Shown here: positions 7,837 to 16,519 of the stretch, in pieces
How the letters are laid out: each line of letters starts with the position of its first letter
Numbering within the stretch: position 1 is the stretch's first letter
DNA from: a virus
Lineage: Duplodnaviria > Caudoviricetes
Length of the DNA stretch: 26,663 nucleotides
Strand: one strand, 5' to 3'
IMG/VR virus record: IMGVR_UViG_3300047314_000275
Coordinates: 1-26,663 of that record
The notes under the pieces: generated by a model
What the model saw: the letters and a program-made list of their open reading frames with translations, nothing else
The model's database searches: none
Told to the model about the DNA's origin: nothing
Position numbers and translations under genes: made by a program

Positions 7837-8391
7837 TCACATCGGGCTCTCGTGGAAAGGATCTCCGAGCGACGAAACTCGGCCGACGTGCTGCACGAGG
7901 GATGGGACGGTGGCGAGGAGAGGGACCTGTTTCCGGAAGCACCAGCGGCCGATCAGGCCGTCTAGCGTCGCGTCCTCTTGATGTCGGTCGAGGTATTCCG
8001 CTAGGTCGAGGCGAACGCTGGCCGGTATGAACTGCGCCTGCGTGCCGAAGAAGAGCCAGGGGTTACAGCGCGCGACGACATCGCCAACGAACCGGTGCGG
8101 CGAGTAGCACGCGAGAAAGTACCGACCCTTGCTCCGACCGATGGCCGCATCCAGACGCGCGCGCCAGCCATATCGGAACTCGACATCATCCTCGATGATG
8201 AAAGCGTCTCCGGACGCCTCGAGAAGCGCTCGACGGAACGAGAGCGTGAGCCGTTGCGTCGCCGGGGTGTCTCGCGCCCACTCGTCACGGAAGAGGCGCG
8301 GCTCCGCGTCTGGAGCTGTGGCACGCAACGAGGCGAGCGTGCCTTCGATGTACGACGGCGCTCGGTCGCACGTGAGAACCGAAACGATCAC
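7837..8391 (-). CDS. GT-A fold glycosyltransferase (GT54/GT25-like motifs)
   Basis: VSVLTCDRAPSYIEGTLASL, FIIEDD and PSLVQHVGRVSSLG; GTG start overlaps upstream TGA. Confidence 0.8.
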   Translation of the reverse strand: MIVSVLTCDRAPSYIEGTLASLRATAPDAEPRLFRDEWARDTPATQRLTLSFRRALLEASGDAFIIEDDVEFRYGWRARLDAAIGRSKGRYFLACYSPHRFVGDVVARCNPWLFFGTQAQFIPASVRLDLAEYLDRHQEDATLDGLIGRWCFRKQVPLLATVPSLVQHVGRVSSLGDPFHESPM

Positions 8392-9239
8392 GGCGTGGTG
8401 TTGTGGATCAGGGCCTTCGTGCCGTTGGTCAGCGACGGCGTGCCGACGAGCCAGTAGTAGTTCGCGATCGAGTCCAGGCTGAGGACCCCGGGCGAGCCAC
8501 TAAACGTGACCGCCGCCTCGGCGATGAGCGTTCCGAGGAACGTGACGTCGATACCGTTGCACGAGATCCCGCCGGTGACCGTGCCATCGCGCGCGTTGAG
8601 GAACACGCAATCCGTGATGCTCCCGAGGTTCGCCCCTAGCGATGTGAGCCCGCCGCTACCGGTCTGCCCCTGGAACGAGCCGCCGATGACTTCGACGTCA
8701 TTGTTCGAGGTTCCGTAGATGGTGCAGTTCGTGGCGATGACCGGTCCATCGCCTGCGAGCGGAGCGGTCAGGTCCCTGAGCGATGTGACGCCGGAGCCGC
8801 TCAGCGAGAGCGTCGGCAGGATCGTCGCGGCTCCGTCCTGACTGGGAACGAGCGCCGCGATCGACAGCTTGCGAGGGGGGCTTCCCGTACCGGCCCAACC
8901 GATGGAGGGCTCTCCGGAGTAGTCGCCCGGGCACAGCAGGACGCCGCCGCCCGCATTGGGGCCGAGAGCATCAACCGCGGCGACGGCATCGGTCAGGGTC
9001 TTGAATGGTGCGGATGCCGCGCCATTCGAGGCACCGGTGTAGCCGGGGTCCACGTAGAACACGTTCGACAGCGGAGCTCCGCTACTCGCATCGTAGCGGG
9101 CAACGATCGCGATCGTGCCGGCGACCGCCGCGCCAGGGCCAGGAAAGCCCGTCGCCGCGAAGTCGGGTACGCCGACAGACAGCCACGTCTGCAGCGAAGC
9201 GTCGTCGTCAGATGTCGCCTGCATCAGGTATTGCGTCAT
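8388..9239 (-). CDS. Tail-associated protein with probable pectin-lyase-like beta-helix
   Basis: FYVDPGYTGASNGAASAPFKTLTDAVAAV...VLLCPGDY is the typical beta-helix N-cap pattern, followed by Gly/Asn/Thr-rich strands. Confidence 0.68.
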   Translation of the reverse strand: MTQYLMQATSDDDASLQTWLSVGVPDFAATGFPGPGAAVAGTIAIVARYDASSGAPLSNVFYVDPGYTGASNGAASAPFKTLTDAVAAVDALGPNAGGGVLLCPGDYSGEPSIGWAGTGSPPRKLSIAALVPSQDGAATILPTLSLSGSGVTSLRDLTAPLAGDGPVIATNCTIYGTSNNDVEVIGGSFQGQTGSGGLTSLGANLGSITDCVFLNARDGTVTGGISCNGIDVTFLGTLIAEAAVTFSGSPGVLSLDSIANYYWLVGTPSLTNGTKALIHNTTP

Positions 9240-9242
9240 GGT

Positions 9243-9644
9243 TCAACCGGTGCCGGTGAGAGAGGCTTCGTCAAACGCGCCGAACAGACCCGCGTCGACG
9301 CCGCCGACGCACTCGGCTTGGATCTGGTAGCTCTGATTGCCCGCCAGCGACAGCGCGCCGGAGAGCGCTCTCGTTCCCGGAACGGTCGAGCTCGTCACCG
9401 CGTACGACCCGGAGATCTCGGCGTTCGTCACGAGGTCGAACAGCCGCACGCGCATCACGAGGCTCGCGTCACTCACCGACATGATCGCCTCGAGCCGCAC
9501 GTCGCACGCCAGCGGCAGGAAGAATGCGCCGATGACTTGCCACCCGGGCGACGCAGCGACGGCAGGGATGACCTGCGCGGAGGCCGTATACGCCGTAACG
9601 ATCAGCGTCGTGTCGGAAGGTTCGGTCGCTAGTCCAGTAGGCAT
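9243..9644 (-). CDS. Hypothetical tail-associated beta-sandwich protein (133 aa)
   Basis: GGAGAGG RBS-like sequence, tight packing, located in fibre cluster. Confidence 0.7.
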   Translation of the reverse strand: MPTGLATEPSDTTLIVTAYTASAQVIPAVAASPGWQVIGAFFLPLACDVRLEAIMSVSDASLVMRVRLFDLVTNAEISGSYAVTSSTVPGTRALSGALSLAGNQSYQIQAECVGGVDAGLFGAFDEASLTGTG

Positions 9645-9647
9645 CCC

Positions 9648-10937
9648 TTATCCTCTCCCTGCGCCGCTGAGCATCAAGCTCGCGCGGAAGCTGCCCGGGA
9701 CTCCCACGGCGCTTGGGCCCTGCATCGCGAATTGCCCATCAGCGGACGCCCCGATGTACGCGAACGGGAAGACCTGGCGCGCTACGTTCCGCACCGTGGT
9801 GAACATGTCCGACGTCACGGCGACGAAGACGCCGATCGTGTTGGTGTAGATGAACAGGATCTCGGGGCCATGGTTCGCCATGCTGACCAGCGTGTTGCCG
9901 CCTCCGCTGATCACGGTGCCGCCGCCGATCCCGGTCGTTGGATCCGTCGTCACGATCACCTCGGATGGCGTGCCGATCGCATACAGCCCCAGCTCCGCGC
10001 TGTAGACGATGTCGGTGATGAAGTCGTAGCCGAGCGACGGGACCTGCGTCCACGTCGCGCCTTGGTCGTCGGAGTAATAGAGCGCGTCGCCGCCATTGAG
10101 AATGCCCGCCGTGTAGAAGGCGAACAGTCGCCCGCTCGCGCCTTCCATGACTCGGTCGAGGTAGCTCGTCGTGCCGTTGACAGCGGCGTGCACGAAGTTC
10201 GGCGTGAACGTGGTCCCATTGTCGGGGGACGTCCACACGTAGAGAGCCCCTGCGAGCCCGCCGCATACGACCACGTTCCCGGCGCTCGTCGTGATGGCGT
10301 CGTTGCAGACGTAGTGAGAAGCCGCCGCGAGGTGGCCGAGGTTGTGGTCGCTCCAACCAGTGGACGTGAGGTCGAACGCTTCCGCGGCCGGAGACTTCGA
10401 GTATGCGAGCGACGCGACACCGGTGCCGTTCGTGCTGTCGAACAGCATCACAGTGCCGTTCGGAGCCTCGACGCCGAAGGTGTACTTGCGATCACCGCCA
10501 GCCGAAGCGGACGCGGACGCAAGAACCGCGTGGTCGCCGATGAAGTACTGGCCCTGCGCGCCAGCGCCGGTGACGATCCACCATCCGGTGGACAGCAAGA
10601 GCGGGATGCACTTCGCGCCCTGCGTCCCGTTCCCGCGAAGGCCGTTGTTCGTGTACTCGAGGTAGCGAATGTAGCCGGTGTCGAGTGTCGCGAGTCCGTT
10701 GACCGTCGGGTGCCAGTTCAGCGCACGAATGTCCGCGACGTAGTCGATCCACTTCCCGTAGACGTTCTGGTTCCAGTTCATCTTCTGCGCGGGATCGCGC
10801 GTCGCGGGAAGATGACCCTGCGCCTTGTCGCCGGTGAGCGGCACGATCTTAGTGGCGCTGCCGCTCTGCAACCCGCTCGTGTAGTTCGTGTCGGTCGCCC
10901 ATGCGGGTACGTCGGCGGGCCTGTTGGTGATCGTCAT
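9648..10937 (-). CDS. Baseplate-proximal tail fibre with Asp-box (BNR) beta-propeller-like region
   Basis: Directly follows baseplate wedge genes; fibre-type N-terminus (PAWAT...KAQGHLP...PAQKMNW...KWIDY); Asp-boxes SPDNGTTF and SDDQGATW. Confidence 0.78.
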   Translation of the reverse strand: MTITNRPADVPAWATDTNYTSGLQSGSATKIVPLTGDKAQGHLPATRDPAQKMNWNQNVYGKWIDYVADIRALNWHPTVNGLATLDTGYIRYLEYTNNGLRGNGTQGAKCIPLLLSTGWWIVTGAGAQGQYFIGDHAVLASASASAGGDRKYTFGVEAPNGTVMLFDSTNGTGVASLAYSKSPAAEAFDLTSTGWSDHNLGHLAAASHYVCNDAITTSAGNVVVCGGLAGALYVWTSPDNGTTFTPNFVHAAVNGTTSYLDRVMEGASGRLFAFYTAGILNGGDALYYSDDQGATWTQVPSLGYDFITDIVYSAELGLYAIGTPSEVIVTTDPTTGIGGGTVISGGGNTLVSMANHGPEILFIYTNTIGVFVAVTSDMFTTVRNVARQVFPFAYIGASADGQFAMQGPSAVGVPGSFRASLMLSGAGRG

Positions 10938-10938
10938 C

Positions 10939-11544
10939 TCAGCTCACTCCGATCCATTTGCCGCCCACCGTCGAGGTGCTGTCGCCCCAGCCACGCGCGC
11001 TGTCGTCCTGCGTGACCGTTCCGTCCGCCCACATGAACCCGTCCGCATCCTGCGCGGAGGATGACCACTGCAGGTCCAGGCCCACGCCCGCCGCCTTCGC
11101 CTGACGAAAGATGCTCGCGATGAAGTCCTGGTACGCGGGCAGCGCGTCGATGACGTCGACGATGACGCTCGCCGGATACAGCTCGCGGATCACGAAACGA
11201 ATGTTGTCCGCGTCGAACAGCAGCCGCGCCACTTCGATCAGGTCGATCGATTCGCCCTGCGAGCGGTTCACGCGAATGCGCGTCTTGATGAAGATCCGGT
11301 AGACCTCGTCGTTCGGCCCTACGCGCGGCTGGCCGACGAGCTTACCGATCAGGTCGAGCGTGATGCCGGTGGCCCTGTCGACGGTGCGGTCCGTGATGAG
11401 CGACCAGTACACACCTTCGAGCTCGTTGGCCTCGGCGGTCCAGGACGCAAGCAGCGCGGTGAGGCGAGGCTTGTCCTGGAACACCTGAATGAAGCGCGTG
11501 ACCGCCTGGTCCAGGTAGTCGGCAATGCGGGTCGGGGTGGCCAT
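10939..11544 (-). CDS. Baseplate wedge protein, DUF2612-like
   Basis: ATGITLDLIGKLVGQPR...DEVYRIFIKTRI...KAAGV; follows baseplate J. Confidence 0.85.
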   Translation of the reverse strand: MATPTRIADYLDQAVTRFIQVFQDKPRLTALLASWTAEANELEGVYWSLITDRTVDRATGITLDLIGKLVGQPRVGPNDEVYRIFIKTRIRVNRSQGESIDLIEVARLLFDADNIRFVIRELYPASVIVDVIDALPAYQDFIASIFRQAKAAGVGLDLQWSSSAQDADGFMWADGTVTQDDSARGWGDSTSTVGGKWIGVS

Positions 11545-11547
11545 GGT

Positions 11548-12759
11548 TCAGACGTTCACGATGCGTGAGCTGTCGAAACGCGCCAGGTCGCGCGCGCCGA
11601 TCACGAGGTTCGAGGTTCCCGATGGAGATGCGCTGAAGCCGAGTTTCAGGCTGAGCACATCAAGTACTCCAGCGACGAAGAACGCCGCGGCGCTCGCGCG
11701 CGAGGCGATCACGTCCGCGCCGATCGGAGAAGCCGCGTAGGCGGCATTCGCCAAGCCCGCGATGAACGCTTCGAACGCGGTGTTGCCAGGGTACGTCCCA
11801 TCGGTGACGAGCTGGTACGTGAGATAGATGGGGATTGGGGTTACGCGCGAGAAGGACACCGTCTGGCTGTTGCCCTGCTTGTCGATCGCCGTGCCGGTGA
11901 TGGAGCCGAACGCGCGGATGCCCGCAGGCTTCGAGTCCCAGATGGCCTGCGCAATCAAGTTGTCGTTCGGCGCACCCGGGACATCGCCGTCGTAGACGAG
12001 CGCCTCGAACGAGTGCGGCGGGAGCCCGTTCGCGTCCGTGACGTCGGTGACGTTCTCGAACACGGTGCACGACAGGATCTTCGTGAACGCCGGATCGGTG
12101 CTCGCGATGTCGAGCACGTCCGCGCGGATTGCGTCGACGGTGCTCGCGCCGGTGCGCGCGACGTCGTTCGACATCTTCGCGCGGAGACTCGCGTCGTTGT
12201 CGGCCGGAAGACCCCCGGTCGCGTCCGTCGTGTTCGTGCCAGAGTCCCATCCCGAGACCGGCGTGGCGATCACCGTGAGGTGCCCCGTCGGTGCAGAGAC
12301 AGGACCCGCGTTCTCGGCGCGAAACACGACGTTCGTTGCGGTGCCCGCACCGGTGACGATGACATCGTTCACCGGGGTGAAGCGCACGGTGGCGTCGAGG
12401 TCGCTCTCGATGAAGTTGATGCCCGCCTGAATCGTGCATGCCTGACTGAACACGAGGTCCAGCTTGCAGGTTGCAAAGGTCGCCTTCGCCTTCGCCGTGC
12501 CCGTGAGCTTGCCGAGCGCTTCGAGCGCGTCGCCCTCGGCCTTGTCGCGGTCGAGCGCGTTGTACGTGACCTGCGCGATCTCCCAGAGCTCGGCGAAGAC
12601 CTCGGAGATGATTCCGTTGAGCTGACCTTCCGGCGTGTCAGGGCTCAAGTCGAACGCGGGATCGATCGTCGCGATCTGCCTGGCGCCGATGGCAGCGAGG
12701 ATCGTCTGCAGCGGCTTGATGACGAAGCCGGTTGGGGTGATGCCGTAGACGATGGCCAT
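11548..12759 (-). CDS. Baseplate J / Mu gp47-like protein
   Basis: YGITPTGF..K, AEGDALEALG, ENAGPV, DNDASLRAK, ENVTDVTDANGLPPHSFE, IWDSKPAGI. Confidence 0.93.
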   Translation of the reverse strand: MAIVYGITPTGFVIKPLQTILAAIGARQIATIDPAFDLSPDTPEGQLNGIISEVFAELWEIAQVTYNALDRDKAEGDALEALGKLTGTAKAKATFATCKLDLVFSQACTIQAGINFIESDLDATVRFTPVNDVIVTGAGTATNVVFRAENAGPVSAPTGHLTVIATPVSGWDSGTNTTDATGGLPADNDASLRAKMSNDVARTGASTVDAIRADVLDIASTDPAFTKILSCTVFENVTDVTDANGLPPHSFEALVYDGDVPGAPNDNLIAQAIWDSKPAGIRAFGSITGTAIDKQGNSQTVSFSRVTPIPIYLTYQLVTDGTYPGNTAFEAFIAGLANAAYAASPIGADVIASRASAAAFFVAGVLDVLSLKLGFSASPSGTSNLVIGARDLARFDSSRIVNV

Positions 12760-12762
12760 GCT

Positions 12763-13149
12763 TCAGATGCTCACGTTGACGATGAAGTCGCGCTCGGTCG
12801 GCTGCACGATGAGTGTCCCGGCGTTGTCCGCGAGCACCGCTTCGAAGTCGAAGGCGACGTGGCGGACGGGCAGAGTGAAGATGGCGTCGAGCCGGCGCAC
12901 CGAGGCGATGCCTGGCGTGCGAACGATGACGCGCGAGAAGATTGACCGGATCAGCTGCTTGTCGGGATTGGCGACGAAGACGTGCTGAAAGTACGGAAGC
13001 CCCTGGCGCCGATCGAGGAACCATTCGCCGAGGAAGAAGTTGAAACGCGTGGAGAGCTTCTGGCGAATTGCGTCCGCGCCCGTGGCGTACACGAGCCGGT
13101 GGTTCCGGATCGCGATGTCGCCCTTCGGGATAGTGAGAAAGACGGCCAT
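12763..13149 (-). CDS. Baseplate wedge / sheath initiator (gp25/gp46-like)
   Basis: DAIRQKLSTRFNFFLGEWFLDRRQGLPY...IVRTPGIASV; precedes baseplate J. Confidence 0.88.
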   Translation of the reverse strand: MAVFLTIPKGDIAIRNHRLVYATGADAIRQKLSTRFNFFLGEWFLDRRQGLPYFQHVFVANPDKQLIRSIFSRVIVRTPGIASVRRLDAIFTLPVRHVAFDFEAVLADNAGTLIVQPTERDFIVNVSI

Positions 13150-13165
13150 GCTCGAACGTTCACCT

Positions 13166-13194
13166 TTGCGCGGGCGGGACCCAGAAGTTACGGT
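13166..13194 (+). promoter_or_regulatory. Putative sigma70-type promoter for the antisense lipoprotein, probably leaderless
   Basis: TTGCGC (13166-13171), 17-bp spacer, TACGGT (13189-13194); ATG 8 nt downstream with no clear SD. Confidence 0.55.
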
Positions 13195-13202
13195 TAGGTC
13201 CT

Positions 13203-13748
13203 ATGGCCAAACCCTATGCTCTCGCCTCATTCGTTTTCGCGCTCGCCTGCGGCTCGGTCGACCCCAATGGGCTCGGCGAGGGCGCGACATTCGATCCGGC
13301 CCTATCGCCCGCTACAGACCCCGGCGCGGGCGGGGCCCCCATGGCATCGACAGGAGGGGCGATCGGGGCTCTCCGTGGCGCTCCGGAGGGGGGCGGGGCG
13401 GAATCGGGGGGCGCCGTCGGAACGGGCGGACTACCCGCGGCCGGCGGTGCTCCGAATCAGGCCACAGGCGGCTCGGGTACGGGCGGGAGCCTCGGGACGG
13501 GTGGGCTACCGGACGCGGCCGGAGGCGCGGCGCCTTCCGCAGGTGGCTCGCCGGCGAGCTCGTGCCTCGTAGCCCCTACCTGCGCGGCAAGCGAGAAGGT
13601 CTGCGGCTGCCAGTGCGTCGCTGTCGCGAACCCGCGCTATGGCTGCACTCCCGATGCCTGCGACCCGTGCCCGACGCCTCCTGGCACCCACGTGTACGTC
13701 TGCTCGAGCGACGGCGTGCACCCGGGCCTGATGTGCTCGCTGTTCTGA
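13203..13748 (+). CDS. Gly-rich/Cys-rich lipoprotein moron, the only plus-strand gene
   Basis: Signal MAKPYALASFVFALA-C, long TGG/Gly linker, Cys-rich C-terminal domain; occupies a gap with no credible minus-strand gene. Confidence 0.85.
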   Translation: MAKPYALASFVFALACGSVDPNGLGEGATFDPALSPATDPGAGGAPMASTGGAIGALRGAPEGGGAESGGAVGTGGLPAAGGAPNQATGGSGTGGSLGTGGLPDAAGGAAPSAGGSPASSCLVAPTCAASEKVCGCQCVAVANPRYGCTPDACDPCPTPPGTHVYVCSSDGVHPGLMCSLF

Positions 13749-13749
13749 G

Positions 13750-14445
13750 CTACTCGCCCTTCAGCTTCGCAGTGGCGGTGCTCGAGAACGGGGCGAGCGG
13801 CGTCACGGTCTGGCCGAGCGCGCCGAGCGCCGTCACGACGAGCGCGGCCCACGTCGTTACCTTCGCGAGCTCCAGCTGCAGCTTCGTCTCTTGCGAGAGG
13901 AAGTCCGCTGCCGCGCCGCCCATGCGGATCAGGTCGGTACCCGCCGTGTCGAGGCGCGCGCCGTCCGCGTCGTCGAGCGTCGGCATCGCCGCCGAGTCGG
14001 CATCGGGCGCGGTGCACGGAAGCGCCCAGGGGTACGAGATGTCGTGCCGCGCGAGGTCGCCAGGTTCGCTGACCTTGCCGGTCGTGCGCCAGATCGCGTA
14101 GCTCGCTTCCGAGAAGAGCAGGACGACGCTGTCGCCCGGCTTCAGCTTCATCTGGAATGAAGCGCCGCCTCCTCGGTACCAGGCAACGGGCACGTTCGGG
14201 ATGACCGGCAGGTCTTCGAGGAAGATGTCGCCGTCCGCGTTCGCGATCACGCCGTTGATTGCCGGCAGGACGTCCGCGACCTTGTTGGCCTTGTCATACG
14301 TCTGAACGATGCCGGGCACCGCGACGTGCACGCGGTCGAGGCGCGCGTCCTGCGAATCCCGCACGAGCGTGGACAGCGATGGCTCTCCGAGCCGCGCGCG
14401 CTGCGGCTTCGGACGCGGAGGAGAGCGGCGCGAGCGCGTGGTCAA
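13750..14445 (-). CDS. Baseplate central spike, Gp138-like
   Basis: VHVAVPGIVQTYD...ADVLP...LPVIPNVPV...GGG...LKPGDSVVLLFSE...RHDIS; start codon uncertain. Confidence 0.88.
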   Translation of the reverse strand: MTTRSRRSPPRPKPQRARLGEPSLSTLVRDSQDARLDRVHVAVPGIVQTYDKANKVADVLPAINGVIANADGDIFLEDLPVIPNVPVAWYRGGGASFQMKLKPGDSVVLLFSEASYAIWRTTGKVSEPGDLARHDISYPWALPCTAPDADSAAMPTLDDADGARLDTAGTDLIRMGGAAADFLSQETKLQLELAKVTTWAALVVTALGALGQTVTPLAPFSSTATAKLKGE

Positions 14446-15365
14446 TAGCGCTTCCCTTCCAAATCTATATACCAGTCCGTGCTCGACGTGTCGCCGAGCC
14501 AGGTCGCCTTCTGGATGCGGTACGTGCCCTTGATGCGCGCGGCGTCCAGTGTGATCAGCGAGCCGACCTTCACTCCAGGAATCATCAAGACGCGCACCGA
14601 GAGGAGACCGTTGTTGTCGACCGCTGGCGAGTCGATCATCCCGTGGTCTGCATCCACGAGAAGCGCCGCGTTGTTGTCGGCGACGCCGCGGTTCTGGAAC
14701 TGGAGCGCGCCGTCCTGAACGGACACCTCGAGGCCGGCAGAGCGCGCGAAGTCCGCGAGCTGATGCGAGACGGCACCCGTGAAGCTCTTGCCGGTCGGAT
14801 ATAGCGATGAACCCGAGATGGTCAGGTCGTTGACGACCTTCGAGAGATTGCCCTCGGGGATGCCGAGCGCTTTCACCATCGCGCGGAGAGCCGTCGCGAT
14901 CGGTGTGCCGGGCCCGTAGCTCACATGCTGGCGCGCGTTCACCCAGGCGCGCTCGCCATCACCCGACGTCAGCGTCGTGACCCACTCGGGACCATCGCGC
15001 AGTGTCTGCACCGAACGGAGGTCGCCGAGCCACACGAGCGACGTTCCGGCGGCGTACCCGGCCTCGATGCGGCACGGGATCCCGGTGGTCGCCTTGCCCT
15101 GAACCTTGGAGAGCTTCGTGGGCGAGCTGACCGCCTTCGTGCCCGATGTCTTGCTCGTCTTGGCGCCCGTCGTCGTTGGGCGGATCTCTTCGAGCTGGGC
15201 CTGGTGCTCCGCGCTCAGATTCCAGATCGTCAGCTCGCAGACGTTCGGCTCGGCCTTGATCGTCTTCGTGATGGAGAACTTGCAGTCGAGCTCCTGGAAC
15301 TCGGTCGTGTTCACCGTGACGTCGACGCGCCGGTCGAAGAGCTCGATGCTTTGGGCCAGGGTCAC
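14442..15365 (-). CDS. Baseplate hub protein
   Basis: FSITKT...PNVCELTIWNLS, IEAGY, SVQDGALQ, GMIDSP, GTYRI...GDT...WY. Confidence 0.88.
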   Translation of the reverse strand: MTLAQSIELFDRRVDVTVNTTEFQELDCKFSITKTIKAEPNVCELTIWNLSAEHQAQLEEIRPTTTGAKTSKTSGTKAVSSPTKLSKVQGKATTGIPCRIEAGYAAGTSLVWLGDLRSVQTLRDGPEWVTTLTSGDGERAWVNARQHVSYGPGTPIATALRAMVKALGIPEGNLSKVVNDLTISGSSLYPTGKSFTGAVSHQLADFARSAGLEVSVQDGALQFQNRGVADNNAALLVDADHGMIDSPAVDNNGLLSVRVLMIPGVKVGSLITLDAARIKGTYRIQKATWLGDTSSTDWYIDLEGKRY

Positions 15366-15706
15366 GACGACTCGAAGTAGGTGAGCTCACAGCGGAGCCC
15401 GACGCCGAGCTCGTTGAGCCCAGGAGGCTCGGTGCCACCGGTCAGGTCGGTGGCGACGAATTCGCCCGGCGGCACGCGCGGGTCCCAGTTGTAGTACTGC
15501 CGCAGCATGCGCCAGTTCGCGAGGACCTTGAGCCCCATGACGAGCGGCGTTGCCTCCTCGTCGAGGATCGACAGGTACCAGCCCGCCTCGCGCTGGTTCC
15601 ACGCCAGCTGCAGGATGAAGTCGCGTCCTTCGAGTCGCACCTTGCGCGACTGAAACGGGACGCCTGGCGTCGTCTGTACGAGTCGCGGCGTGCCAAAAAC
15701 GGACAT
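15362..15706 (-). CDS. Baseplate plug-like protein
   Basis: PFQS..VRLEGRDF.LQLAWNQR..GWYLSI...LVMG; located between Dit-like and hub genes. Confidence 0.8.
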   Translation of the reverse strand: MSVFGTPRLVQTTPGVPFQSRKVRLEGRDFILQLAWNQREAGWYLSILDEEATPLVMGLKVLANWRMLRQYYNWDPRVPPGEFVATDLTGGTEPPGLNELGVGLRCELTYFESS

Positions 15707-15708
15707 GC

Positions 15709-16509
15709 TCAGCTGTCTCCGCCGAAACCCTTGTGCAAGATCGACTCGCCCTTGTCGTCCGCGTTCGGATCTTCCTTCGTGGCCTGGGAGCCCAGGCTCT
15801 TCGGAAGACTGCCGCGCGCCTCGGCGGGCTCTGGCGCGACCACAGTGTCGGAGCCTGCAATGCGGATCCGCCGCAGGTCGATCGTGAAGCGCGCCGACGT
15901 CCCGTCTTCGACGACGATGGGCTGCTCGACGTGCGCGATCAGCATGTCGAAGTAGTCGCGCATCGGCGTGGAGACCGTCACGAGCTCGTGCCCTAGCTTC
16001 GCCCCGAGCAGCTTCTCGTACGCATCTCGCGGGCGATTGCGCGGCGCGTTCGGCTGCTTGACCTTCACCGAGAATGACCCGCGGCCGCGCTTGGCCGGGT
16101 TGTTCATCTCGGCAGTTGGACCGCCGAAGATGGCCTTGCCGAGTGCCCCTAGTCCCGCGCCGAGGAGGCTATCGAGCGTCGGTTGGATCGGCGGATTCCC
16201 CACGTCGAGGTCGAGCGTCTGTGTCCCGGACGCGGCCATCGTGTCGAACGACAGCGCGAGCGGCTGGTCGGAGTAGTTCGCCTTGTCCGCGTCCGTGTAG
16301 TTGCCCGGGTGGGGCGTGTTCGTGATCATGCCTTCGACCGTGAGTAGGTCGGGCTCGTCGCGCGCGTGGTCCGAGATGTCGGCGCCCTGCTCCACGGGAT
16401 GGTCGGCGATCGCGACCGAGTCGTTGTGATCGATCGACGTGACGGCATCGAGCTGGAAGGTCTCGAGCGCGCCCGTGTCCGAGTTGGTCCACATCAAGAT
16501 GAGCGGCAC
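15709..16509 (-). CDS. Baseplate / tail tube initiator (Dit-like) protein
   Basis: LDAVTSIDH...IADHPVEQGADISDHA..EP..LTVEG.IT; follows tape measure. Confidence 0.85.
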   Translation of the reverse strand: MPLILMWTNSDTGALETFQLDAVTSIDHNDSVAIADHPVEQGADISDHARDEPDLLTVEGMITNTPHPGNYTDADKANYSDQPLALSFDTMAASGTQTLDLDVGNPPIQPTLDSLLGAGLGALGKAIFGGPTAEMNNPAKRGRGSFSVKVKQPNAPRNRPRDAYEKLLGAKLGHELVTVSTPMRDYFDMLIAHVEQPIVVEDGTSARFTIDLRRIRIAGSDTVVAPEPAEARGSLPKSLGSQATKEDPNADDKGESILHKGFGGDS

Positions 16510-16519
16510 GACTCACCTC

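Noticed and set aside
13065-13072. Third copy of CGCAATTC (minus strand)
   Set aside because: Lies within the wedge gene coding sequence (DAIR) with no flanking stem
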